The notes under the pieces are model-generated. The model was not told the origin of the DNA and searched no databases. It was given only the letters and a program-made list of their open reading frames with translations. DNA of 32,000 nt, from contig LT962688.1 of NCBI GenBank assembly GCA_900234795.1, positions 2,130,001-2,162,000 of the forward strand. Direction: 5' to 3'. Positions 19,306 through 27,455 of the stretch are shown one piece after another. Each line of letters starts with the position of its first letter. Within the stretch, counting starts at the first letter, position 1. The stretch comes from Methylorubrum extorquens. GTDB lineage: Bacteria > Pseudomonadota > Alphaproteobacteria > Rhizobiales > Beijerinckiaceae. A program made the translations under genes and the position numbers.

Positions 19306-20499
19306 TCAGTTCGTTCTGCCGTAGGGGGTCTGCGCAATCGGTAGGAGCTTGCCGTCGGACCAGACTGTCAGCTTGTATTCGCTTGGCAGAATTGCGTCCT
19401 GGCGTTCCGGGTCAGAGGAATCGAAGGCCGGATCGTATTTCGCGACCAAGCCCTCGTATCTGACTTGATAAAGCGCCTCGCGGACCTTCTTCCAATCGTA
19501 GGCACCGGCCTTCTCGATGGCCTGGGCCACGATGTGAACGGCGTCATAGGTGTTGGCGATGCCGGAGCCCATCTTGATCTGCGACGGATCCTTCAGGCCG
19601 TACTTCGTCTGGATCTTCTGCCAGAGCGCTTGGCCTTTATGGTCGAGGTCGCCCATGAAGCTGTAGGTCTGCACGACCTGGACGCCATTGGCGAGCGGGC
19701 CGGCAAGTTCGCCGAGATTGCCGGCGATGCCCCAGGCGCCGATGATGGTGGGCTTGTAGCCGACCTTGTCCATCGAGCGGACGAGCTGGTTGCCCTCGCG
19801 GTCGAGGGCCCAGAACAGGGCAACGTCGGCACCCGAATCCCGCGCGCGGATCGCCTGCGCGGTCATGTCCTGATCGTTCCAGTTGAAGGTCTCCGTGGCG
19901 ACCAGTTCCTTTCCGGCCTTTGCGATCGCCGCCTTCACATCCGGCACGGCACCGTTGCCCCACCCTGTATTCTCATAGAAGAATGCGATCTTTCCGGTCT
20001 TCGAGACCTTCGCGGCCTGCTCGACGAGGAAGCGGGCGACCCATTTGTCCTTGGCCGATACCCGGAACATGTAGTTCGGATTACGGCCATTCTCGATGGC
20101 CTGTGTGTTGGCCGCGAGCACGCCGACGAACGGGATGCCAATGGCATGGACCGGCTCAACCTGAGCCACCGAAACGGTGGAGTGGTAACCGCCGAGGATG
20201 ATGACACACTTATCGGCCAGCGCGACGCGCCGGGTGTTGTCGACGCCGCGCGGCGGCGTTCCGGCGTCGTCATACTGGACGAAGCGCAGAGGCTTGCCGA
20301 GGACACCGCCCTTGGCATTGATCTCCTCAAGGGCGATCTCGGCGCCCATTCTGATGGCTTGGCCGGTGAAGGCCGCCGGGCCGGTGATGGCAGCAGAGTT
20401 GCCGATGCAGGGCTCCTGCTGGGCAAGCGCCGAGCCAGGAATCGTGAAAGCCAGTGGCGCGACCAGAAATAGTCGGCAAAAATACTTTGGCGCAACCAT
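19306..20499 (-). CDS. Periplasmic substrate-binding protein, Leu/Ile/Val-binding (PBP type I) family; ligand unknown.
   Basis: Signal peptide MVAPKYFCRLFLVAPLAFTIPGSALA/QQ from the ATG at 20499 (GGAG 8 nt upstream); the track start at 20550 is a TTG. ..GNSAAITGPAAFTGQAIRMGAEIALEEINAKGGVLGKPLRFVQYDD.. is LivJ/K-like. Confidence 0.85.
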   Translation of the reverse strand: MVAPKYFCRLFLVAPLAFTIPGSALAQQEPCIGNSAAITGPAAFTGQAIRMGAEIALEEINAKGGVLGKPLRFVQYDDAGTPPRGVDNTRRVALADKCVIILGGYHSTVSVAQVEPVHAIGIPFVGVLAANTQAIENGRNPNYMFRVSAKDKWVARFLVEQAAKVSKTGKIAFFYENTGWGNGAVPDVKAAIAKAGKELVATETFNWNDQDMTAQAIRARDSGADVALFWALDREGNQLVRSMDKVGYKPTIIGAWGIAGNLGELAGPLANGVQVVQTYSFMGDLDHKGQALWQKIQTKYGLKDPSQIKMGSGIANTYDAVHIVAQAIEKAGAYDWKKVREALYQVRYEGLVAKYDPAFDSSDPERQDAILPSEYKLTVWSDGKLLPIAQTPYGRTN

Positions 20500-20624
20500 G
20501 CGTTGGGCTCCGATTCCCTGATGATGCTCGGGTTCAGCCGCGATGTTCAAGCGATGACCGTCAGGCTACGCAACGAATACATCAGGCATCAAAGACCAAT
20601 TTCCGATGTGAGCCATTGGAATTA

Positions 20625-20645
20625 CCTATGAGCTTCGTTCATAGG
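20625..20645. promoter_or_regulatory. Candidate LysR-type binding site (dyad CCTATGA-N7-TCATAGG containing T-N11-A) in the divergent promoter region.
   Basis: cctatga gcttcgt tcatagg. The inner TGAGCTTCGTTCA fits T-N11-A. It lies in the only AT-rich stretch (20551-20801), between the binding-protein gene and the LysR gene. Confidence 0.4.
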
Positions 20646-20801
20646 CGAGGCTTGGCGAGGCGCTTCCCAGCTAACTCCATGTTTTTGCATTAGAAATCTA
20701 TATTTGATGCACATAGTTTGCGCAGATTGCTCGGCGTTAGAGCAGTTTGACATGGGCGTGGAGTTCCGCGCCTTTTCACAAATTCCCCGGATAGGATTGC
20801 C

Positions 20802-21764
20802 ATGGATCTTCGTCAGCTTCGGTACTTCACGCAAATCGCGGAGAGCGGGAACGTCTCTCGGGCCGCTGAGGTGCTGCGGATCGCCCAGCCCTCGCTCAGC
20901 CAACAGATGCGCAACTTGGAGGACGAACTCGGTGTCGAACTGCTGTTCCGGCACGCCCGCGGGGTCACGCCCACGGAGCTCGGGCTGAAGTTCTACGAAC
21001 ACGCGCGGCGTATTCTGCAGGAGGTCGAGCGGGCCAAGGAGGTCATGCGCTCGCAGGCAACGAGCCCGAGCGGACGGATCTCGGTCGGATTGCCGACTTC
21101 AGCCTGCCGTGGTCTTTCTCTGCCACTCCACCGGGCCATGGCGGAGGCGCTTCCCAACATCAGTCTCCATATCGTCGAGGCGATGAGCGGTACGTTGGAC
21201 GAGTGGATCCAATCCGGGCGCTTGGACGTCGCGCTGCTCTACGACCACAAAGCGTTCGAACACGTGGCTTGGACCGAGATGATGGTCGAGGACCTGATGT
21301 TCATCGTTCCCACCTCTCATCCGCTGGCCGCGCGGCGCGAGATCGCGTTCGGCCAGGTCTTTCAGCAGGCGCTTCCAGTCGTGCTTCCCGGTCGCCCGAA
21401 CGTGCTGCGTGCCGTGATCGAGCAGCTCGCGGCACGCCACGACATCACACCGGCCGCAACGGATTGCGAGAGCCTGCCGGCGATCGCGGAGCTCGTGCGC
21501 GCTCAGGCCTTCGCGGCCATCATGCCGCATTTCGCCTTGGCTGCGGAGATCGAGCGCGGCGAGATGGTGGCCATTCCCATCGTCGATCCGACACCATCCT
21601 GGCGACTGTCCGTTGTGGTTTCTCAGCGAACGCTGAATACCCGTGGCAGCGAGGCCGTTGCTGAAGTACTGGCGGGCGTGATCGGAGATCTCGTCCAGCG
21701 CTCCGTCTGGCGCGCTCGCCTCAAGCCGACGGAGCGCCCTGCCCCTGTGCGCGCTCGTGCCTGA
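20802..21764 (+). CDS. LysR-family transcriptional regulator.
   Basis: MDLRQLRYFTQIAESGNVSRAAEVLRIAQPSLSQQMRNLEDELGVELLFRHARGVTPTELG is a typical LysR wHTH. 320 aa. Divergent from the ABC/amidase operon. Confidence 0.9.
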   Translation: MDLRQLRYFTQIAESGNVSRAAEVLRIAQPSLSQQMRNLEDELGVELLFRHARGVTPTELGLKFYEHARRILQEVERAKEVMRSQATSPSGRISVGLPTSACRGLSLPLHRAMAEALPNISLHIVEAMSGTLDEWIQSGRLDVALLYDHKAFEHVAWTEMMVEDLMFIVPTSHPLAARREIAFGQVFQQALPVVLPGRPNVLRAVIEQLAARHDITPAATDCESLPAIAELVRAQAFAAIMPHFALAAEIERGEMVAIPIVDPTPSWRLSVVVSQRTLNTRGSEAVAEVLAGVIGDLVQRSVWRARLKPTERPAPVRARA

Positions 21765-21984
21765 AATGCGGCCCAACCCTCTTCAGTGCGAGCTAAGGCG
21801 CACCTGTGCAGTGCTGTATGCCTCGGCCAACAGCTGCGCTCCGCAACGAGGCCGACGGGTGCGGCGAAATTCAGGGTTCTTTGTCGAGCCACAATCATCC
21901 CAATGTCTGCTGCACGACATTGAGCAGCCCTTCGTCATCAGGCGCACGCATGACCGCTTCGGTTGCGCAGCGGGATTTGGACGA

Positions 21985-22330
21985 TCACGCGACGAATGTC
22001 TGGGTCGAGAGCCGACCGTCGGTCGGGCTGTCCACCCCAAGGACGCCGCACGGCTGACCCTCGCCCTGAATCAGTAGGTTGATGGCCCGCCCGATCCCGT
22101 GCTCGCGGAGGACGTCCGGCGTGCGGATGCGGGTTTCGTCCTCAAGATGGTTGGAGATGACCGGCTCGCCGGTTTGGAACGCGGACCCGGTCGGGCTCTC
22201 CCTATCCGCCCCGGTCCGGGCGTGCCCGACGGCGCCGTGTTTCCAGCCGACCCCGGCCCGCACAATGAACTGTCCCTCGTCGGGGAGGTACGATGCAGAC
22301 AACGCCGCGTGACGCGGGTGGCATGCGCCG
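21985..22330 (-). pseudogene. Remnant of a GAF-domain sensor (HWE/HisKA_2 kinase-type) gene; only the C-terminal part of the GAF domain remains.
   Basis: The minus frame reads ..YLPDEGQFIVRAGVGWKHGAVGHARTGADRESPTGSAFQTGEPVISNHLEDETRIRTPDVLREHGIGRAINLLIQGEGQPCGVLGVDSP.., the GAF pattern I associate with rhizobial HWE kinases. I could not find a kinase H-box in any frame downstream (21765-21985). Upstream, the frame runs antisense into the receiver gene. The 5' limit is approximate. Confidence 0.45.
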
Positions 22331-22383
22331 CTCCGTCGCGAACCTGCGTGCAACCCGGTAAGCCGACCGGCGTTCTCCCCCTC

Positions 22384-22764
22384 ATGTCCCGCTCCCACGC
22401 TGTTTCCCCGTCTCTGGTCCTGCTTGTCGAGGACGAAAACCTCGTACGGTTGATGGCGAGCGACATGCTGGAGGACGCCGGGTTCACCGTCATCGAAGCA
22501 GCGTGCGCTGACGAGGCTTGGGAGATCCTGGAGAGCCGTAGCGACATCGGCGTGCTGTTCACCGATATCGAGATGCCGGGATCGATGAACGGCTTTGCGC
22601 TTGCTGCTCAGGTTGCCGAGCGTTGGCCGCACATCCGCTTGGTGATCACCTCGGGGCGGTGTCGCCCGGCATCGCGCGATGTGCCGGACCACGGCATGTT
22701 CGTGCCCAAGCCCTATCTGGCAGAGCAGCTGCTCAGTGCCTTTGACCGAGCCAAGCCGGTTTAG
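22384..22764 (+). CDS. Single-domain response regulator (CheY-like receiver).
   Basis: MSRSHAVSPSLVLLVEDENLVRLMASDMLEDAGFTVIEAACADEAWEIL..IGVLFTDIEMPGSMNGFALA..LVITSG..KPY (126 aa). The track ORF 22099..22764 has a non-coding-looking leader. Confidence 0.85.
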   Translation: MSRSHAVSPSLVLLVEDENLVRLMASDMLEDAGFTVIEAACADEAWEILESRSDIGVLFTDIEMPGSMNGFALAAQVAERWPHIRLVITSGRCRPASRDVPDHGMFVPKPYLAEQLLSAFDRAKPV

Positions 22765-22844
22765 CGGTTTCCGCTGATCGTTCAGAGCAGCGCCACATAA
22801 CGCTCCTCCCCGCCCTCTTACTCACGCAGACTTCGGCGCCAGCG

Positions 22845-24878
22845 TCAGCCTCGCTTGGGCCGGAACGGCACAATCTCCGCCTCTGGCCGGAGGCTCGTCA
22901 CAAGTGCGCGTGCGAGATCGACCTGTTCGAACGGCTTGCCGAGGCGCACGATGCCCGTGAGCCGATCCTCCGGCAACTCAGCATAGCCACTTGCCAGGAT
23001 CACCGGCAGATCCGCGCGTTCGGCCTTGAGAGCGTCAATCAGCTGCACGCCGGTCATGCCTGGCATCATCTGATCCGTGATTACCAGATCAATGCTCTCG
23101 GCGCGTCGTAGAACGCGGAGCGCTTGTTCACCCGAAGTTGCCTCGAGCACCTCATGGCCAAGGTCTTCCAACATGGCTCCGGTGTTCATCAGCACCAGCG
23201 GGTCGTCATCCACCACCAGCACCGTGAGGGCATGCAGGGACGGTAACTCCGGCGCCGGCGTATGGTCTTCTTTGCGAAGGAGATCGCCCTCGGTGGCAGG
23301 CAGCCAGAGTTCTGCGGTGGTACCGCTGCCCAGGTTGCTCTTGAGCACCAGACGGCCGCCGGACTGTTCGGCGAAGCCGTGGATCATGGAGAGGCCCAGC
23401 CCCGTGCCCTTACCGACGCCCTTGGTGGTGAAGAAGGGTTCTGTTGCCTTCGCCAGTGTCTCCGCGTCCATCCCCGTGCCCGTGTCCGTCACAGACAGGC
23501 AAACGTAGTGTCCTGGCGCCAAGCCCGCGATCTCGTCCGCGCCGACCCGCTCCTCCCGGGCGGCAATCGTGATCGTCCCACTTTCCGGCATCGCGTCGCG
23601 CGCGTTCACAGTCAGATTGAGCAACGCCAGCTCAAGCTGACTTGCGTCTGCAAAGGCCAGCGGCAGTTGCAGCGGGAACTGCGTGTTGACCAGGATGGTG
23701 GAGCTGATCGAGAGCTGCAGCAGTTCGGCCATGCCGCGCACGAGGTCCGGCACGTTGATGGGGCCGGTCTCCAGCTCCTGTCGGCGTGCGAAGGCAAGCA
23801 TGCGCTTGGTCAGTGCCGCTCCCCGTTCGGCAGCCTGGATCGAGTTCTCGATCAACTGCCGCAGCTTCGGGTCGTTCGGCAGCCGCTTGCGGGCGAGGCT
23901 CAGGTTCCCGAGCACGACCGCCAGTAGATTGTTGAAGTCGTGCGCCACGCCGCCGGTGAGCTGGCCGATTGCCTCCATCTTCTGGGACTGGATGAAGCGT
24001 GCGCGGGTCGCTTCCAGCTCCTGCTGAACGTTGCGCCGCTCGGTGATGTCCCGGGTGATCTTCGCGAACCCGACCAGTTCACCGTGATCGCCGCGGATTG
24101 CGTCGATGACGACGTGCGCCCAGAACCGTGTGCCGTCCTTGCGCACGCGCCATCCCTCCGCCTCGAAGCGCCCCTCGTCCGCAGCCGTCCGCAGGGCACG
24201 GGTCGGCAGATCGGTCGCCCGGTCCTCATCGGTGTAGAACCGGGAGAAGTGCTCCCCGATGATCTCTGCGTCGGTGTAGCCCTTGAAGCGTTGCGCGCCG
24301 CGGTTCCAGCTCGAAACCTTGCCCTGCGGGTCGAGCATGTAGATCGCGTAGTCCTGAACGCCCTGTACGAGCAGGCGGAAGCGCTGTTCGCTCTGCCGCA
24401 AAGCCTCCTGCGTTGCCTTCCGCTCGCTCAGGTCACGCGTGATTTTGGCGTAGCCGACAAGCTGGCCGTCCTCGCTTCGGATCGGGTCGATCAGCACGTG
24501 CGCCCACATCAAGGAACCGTCCTTGCGAACGCGCCAGCCCTCCTGTTCGAAGCGGCCCTCGGTGGCGGCAATATGCAGGGCACGGGTCGGCAGATCAGTC
24601 GCGCGGTCCTCAGGGGTGTAGAACCGGGAGAAGTGTTCCCCGATGATCTCGTCGGTTGTATAGCCTTTGAAGCGTTGGGCGCCCGGGTTCCAGCTCGCAA
24701 TATACCCTCGTGGGTCGAGCATATAGATTGCGTAATCGACGATCGCCTCAACGAGCAGACGGTAGCGGTCATCTCGATCTGCGGCCGCTTCGATGGCCTT
24801 GGTTGCCCTTACGTCTTGGTGGTGCAGGGCGCCGAGGCGCATTTGTTCATCTGACATGCGGCTGAACCTACCACGCAT
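22845..24878 (-). CDS. Hybrid sensor histidine kinase: PAS-PAS-HisKA-HATPase-receiver.
   Basis: Two PAS units (..DYAIYMLDP.G...SWN.GAQRFKGYT..EIIGEHFSRFYT.EDRATDLPTRAL..). H-box GGVAHDFNNLL (His at 23942-23940). N/G boxes NLTVNARDAM..DTGTGMD..GKGTGLGLSMI. C-terminal REC VLVVDDDPLVL..DLVITDQMMPGMTG. An alternative start is the ATG at 24857 (MSDEQM). Confidence 0.9.
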   Translation of the reverse strand: MRGRFSRMSDEQMRLGALHHQDVRATKAIEAAADRDDRYRLLVEAIVDYAIYMLDPRGYIASWNPGAQRFKGYTTDEIIGEHFSRFYTPEDRATDLPTRALHIAATEGRFEQEGWRVRKDGSLMWAHVLIDPIRSEDGQLVGYAKITRDLSERKATQEALRQSEQRFRLLVQGVQDYAIYMLDPQGKVSSWNRGAQRFKGYTDAEIIGEHFSRFYTDEDRATDLPTRALRTAADEGRFEAEGWRVRKDGTRFWAHVVIDAIRGDHGELVGFAKITRDITERRNVQQELEATRARFIQSQKMEAIGQLTGGVAHDFNNLLAVVLGNLSLARKRLPNDPKLRQLIENSIQAAERGAALTKRMLAFARRQELETGPINVPDLVRGMAELLQLSISSTILVNTQFPLQLPLAFADASQLELALLNLTVNARDAMPESGTITIAAREERVGADEIAGLAPGHYVCLSVTDTGTGMDAETLAKATEPFFTTKGVGKGTGLGLSMIHGFAEQSGGRLVLKSNLGSGTTAELWLPATEGDLLRKEDHTPAPELPSLHALTVLVVDDDPLVLMNTGAMLEDLGHEVLEATSGEQALRVLRRAESIDLVITDQMMPGMTGVQLIDALKAERADLPVILASGYAELPEDRLTGIVRLGKPFEQVDLARALVTSLRPEAEIVPFRPKRG

Positions 24879-25210
24879 CGTCGATGGTGTCGGCTCCTTT
24901 ACCCCTCGCTGCTAGGCATAGGCCGAATGCTATCACTGCGAGCCACACGACCGCTCTCCGCATACTCCAGCCGAGTGCCAGGTGCGGGCGACGCCGTGCA
25001 GCGCTGCCGGGATCAGCGCCAGCGTGTCGTTCGTCGGCTCCGGTGCCCGACATCACCGTCGCCGCATTCCCCGCCGTTGCAGCTACGCTCGGCAAATCGC
25101 GATGGGATCACGGGGGCGGGTGGGAACTCCCACCGTGCTGGCGGAGTCGCTGAGAACAAGTCGGGCTGAAACGGCGGTTCGCGCAAGCCCGTACGGCAGG
25201 GAGGCGAGAA

Positions 25211-25513
25211 ATGGAGCAGGATACCCCACCGCTTGATCGGACGGCTCGGACGATCGCTGAAAGTGTCTACTCCGCCTACATGCGCCACGCATCGGGCGAG
25301 TTGCACCCTCAAACGGAGCAGACACTCCTCACTCGTCTCGTGGAGGCAATTCGACCCGAAGTCCCGGGCGGCACGCCGCGCGACATCATCGATGCAGCCA
25401 ATGAGGCACTCGATGCGTGGGAGCTGCAGAGCGGCGGAGTTCGCGGTCCACGCGTCAGCGTTCTCGATCGTGCCGACGGCTCGGTGGGAATGGACACGGG
25501 CGGCACCTCATAA
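25211..25513 (+). CDS. Hypothetical protein (100 aa), no recognised domain.
   Basis: ORF with GGGAGG 7-12 nt upstream of the ATG and a coding-like acidic helical sequence. Its codon third positions are less GC-biased than in the left part of the window. Confidence 0.5.
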   Translation: MEQDTPPLDRTARTIAESVYSAYMRHASGELHPQTEQTLLTRLVEAIRPEVPGGTPRDIIDAANEALDAWELQSGGVRGPRVSVLDRADGSVGMDTGGTS

Positions 25514-25558
25514 GGGCACGCGCCATCAGCGAACACCGAAGGCCAGGAACTCGCCGAC

Positions 25559-25903
25559 ATGGAAGGCGCCAGCGCACAGACCGAGAAGATTGGCGAGCTG
25601 TCGCGGTTGGCGACCTTGGCTGCCGAGCGCATCCTAGAGACGCAAATCACCGACCACCGGCTACCTCGGGACCTCTTCACAGCTCTTGTGAGCGCTGCTC
25701 AGATCCTCGAAGAGCACAACGCACCTTTGCCGCCGCTGGTCGAGCAGGTGCTATATGAGGCCGGCAAGCGCTTCAGCGAAGCGGATGCTGCAGGTGAAGC
25801 AACAGACCGAGATCCCGAAGGCGACGGCGTTGTCGCCACCCTGACGCGTTTCCTCAGTGGCTTCCGACGCGGCGAGCGCGGCGTGCGTCCTGGGGAGCAG
25901 TGA
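25559..25903 (+). CDS. Hypothetical protein (114 aa), no recognised domain.
   Basis: Same strand, 45 nt after the previous ORF. Its stop overlaps the GTG of the next ORF (GTGA). Confidence 0.5.
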   Translation: MEGASAQTEKIGELSRLATLAAERILETQITDHRLPRDLFTALVSAAQILEEHNAPLPPLVEQVLYEAGKRFSEADAAGEATDRDPEGDGVVATLTRFLSGFRRGERGVRPGEQ

Positions 25904-26145
25904 CGATCGCAACCTGCAACCGCAAAAGGAACGAAGTCGATATGTCCGCGACCGAGCTGGACGATCTCAATGCCGCGCGTCTGGCGCTCGTGCGGCAGCG
26001 AAACGCAATTGCCAAGCGTATGGGTGCGATCGACTTGGCGCCGGTCTCGATGGCCGAAGACCTCACGCGCATCCTGCTGGCGATCGAAGCCGTCGATCGT
26101 GCGCTGGTCGATACGGGGCAGCCTTACATGTCGGCCGACGTTTGA
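25900..26145 (+). CDS. Hypothetical small protein (81 aa from GTG 25900, or 67 aa from ATG 25942).
   Basis: Predicted-helical sequence MSATELDDLNAARLALVRQRNAIAKRMGAI.. AAGGA lies 11 nt before the ATG at 25942. The GTG at 25900 overlaps the upstream stop. Confidence 0.45.
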   Translation: MTIATCNRKRNEVDMSATELDDLNAARLALVRQRNAIAKRMGAIDLAPVSMAEDLTRILLAIEAVDRALVDTGQPYMSADV

Positions 26146-26229
26146 TCGGTTGCCTGCCGCCGGCGCCATCTTCAGCGAGTAGAATAACGGTGGGCTCGGT
26201 GTGAGATTGCGCAAGACCGGAGCACCACA

Positions 26230-26676
26230 ATGAAAACGCTTCAGGCCTGCCTCGTAGCGCTCGCGGTGATCTTAGGTGGCGCTTCGGCAGCGTCTTCGAC
26301 TTTGGCTCCGGCTCAAACGGCCTCCTCGCCCGCAATCAACAATTGGGCTGATCTCCGAGCCGCACTGGCATCCTGCTGGACGGTGCCGGCAGACACGGAA
26401 GGTTCGCAGATCGCCTTCCGTTTCGGCCTGAACAAGACAGGGGGTATGCGGGGCCCACCGCTCGTCACGTCACGGCAGCTCAAGGGCGATCAGGAGGCGC
26501 GGAAACGGTTCGAGGATGCCGCCTTCGAGGCGCTGTCTCGGTGCTTTCCCATGAGGATCACCCCCGCATTCGGAGCCATCCTCGGCGAGAGCCCCATCAG
26601 GCTGAGACTCGTCAACACCCCACCGACGGCAGCGTACCAGATCAACAACAACATCACGATCTTCGCGCCACAATGA
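26230..26676 (+). CDS. Secreted protein with a TolA/TonB C-terminal-like fold signature (tentative).
   Basis: Signal peptide MKTLQACLVALAVILGGASAASS. The pattern W..LRAALASCWTVP..GSQIAFRFGLNKTGGMRGPPLV....AAFEALSRCFP resembles small TolA/TonB-C-like periplasmic proteins of Rhizobiales, recalled from memory. Confidence 0.5.
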   Translation: MKTLQACLVALAVILGGASAASSTLAPAQTASSPAINNWADLRAALASCWTVPADTEGSQIAFRFGLNKTGGMRGPPLVTSRQLKGDQEARKRFEDAAFEALSRCFPMRITPAFGAILGESPIRLRLVNTPPTAAYQINNNITIFAPQ

Positions 26677-26969
26677 AGCTGGTTCGGAGACCGGCACCGA
26701 TCGTCTGTAGCGACGTCGCCGCCGGCGTCATCTCCATCGAGGAGCGTTGATCGAAGACATGGCCGAGCATGACCGGTGGATCCGGGTGCGAGCAGGCTCA
26801 AGTACTGAGGCACTGCTGGTCGCCGCCATGGAAACTCCCATGCAAAATTACTGAGCCTCCGGCTGGGCCGGTCATGCGGCCATGCACGGGCCGGCGGCTC
26901 TCAGCCATCACTCAAGGTCCTGTAGGGCTGAGGTTTTGCAAAGCTCCAGCCGCGATTATGCGGTCAGAC

Positions 26970-27455
26970 TCAGAGCTGATCGGCTGCCGGCACGGGCTGC
27001 GAAGACCAGCGGAGAAGACGATCGAATGGCCTGGGCGGCACGGCGTCATCCGTAGACCGGGGCGGCTCGACATCTGCGATTTCGACGACATGCTCGCGTC
27101 CCGCGGCGTTGTCGCGAAACGGCATGCGGTCTCCTCTCCTGAGACCGAGCATCGCCACTCCGAGCGGGCTTGCGGCAGAGATTTCCTCTTCCGAGCCGAC
27201 CGCGCTGCTTGGATGCGCAAGACGACGCGCATGAACCGTCGGCTCATCGTCGAGCCGATAGCTCACTCGACAAGTGACGGCCACGACCCCTCCCAGCGGC
27301 GGGGGAGCAGCGAAAGTCACCGCACGGTCGAGTTCCGAGAGAAGAAAGTCAGCATCAGGATCGCCGCGCTGATACGCAGCAAGACCAAAAGCGACGAGAC
27401 GATCGAAGTCGTAGGTTGGAAGCGTAATCGGAGGAAGTTTCCGAACAGCGCCCAT
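26970..27455 (-). CDS. Rnk-like protein (nucleoside diphosphate kinase regulator / GreA-GreB C-terminal domain family) with a C-terminal extension.
   Basis: MGAVRKLPPITLPTYDFDRLVAFGLAAY..ADFLLSELDRAVTF..VVAVTCRVSYRLDDEPTVHARRLAHP..EEISAASPLGVAMLGLRRGDRMPF matches the Rnk layout (P.I.l...D..RL..ELdRA..v.m.S.V.f......tLV.P....iSv.sPlG.AllGl..Gd). The long + ORF 26769..27614 is antisense shadow. Confidence 0.65.
   Translation of the reverse strand: MGAVRKLPPITLPTYDFDRLVAFGLAAYQRGDPDADFLLSELDRAVTFAAPPPLGGVVAVTCRVSYRLDDEPTVHARRLAHPSSAVGSEEEISAASPLGVAMLGLRRGDRMPFRDNAAGREHVVEIADVEPPRSTDDAVPPRPFDRLLRWSSQPVPAADQL

Noticed and set aside
20747-20752. A consensus TTGACA that might be the -35 box of the LysR gene promoter; another TTGACA lies at 28351-28356.
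   Set aside because: No acceptable -10 element lies 16-19 bp downstream in either case. The second one coincides with the likely TTG start codon of the Rnk-like gene.
24868-24963. A possible 31-aa hydrophobic peptide (MRRAVVWLAVIAFGLCLAARGKGADTIDDAW) whose stop overlaps the upstream ATG of the hybrid kinase.
   Set aside because: It is short, lies in GC-rich DNA where such ORFs arise by chance, and has no clear RBS. The kinase may in any case start at the downstream ATG at 24857. It is worth a look only if ribosome profiling data exist.
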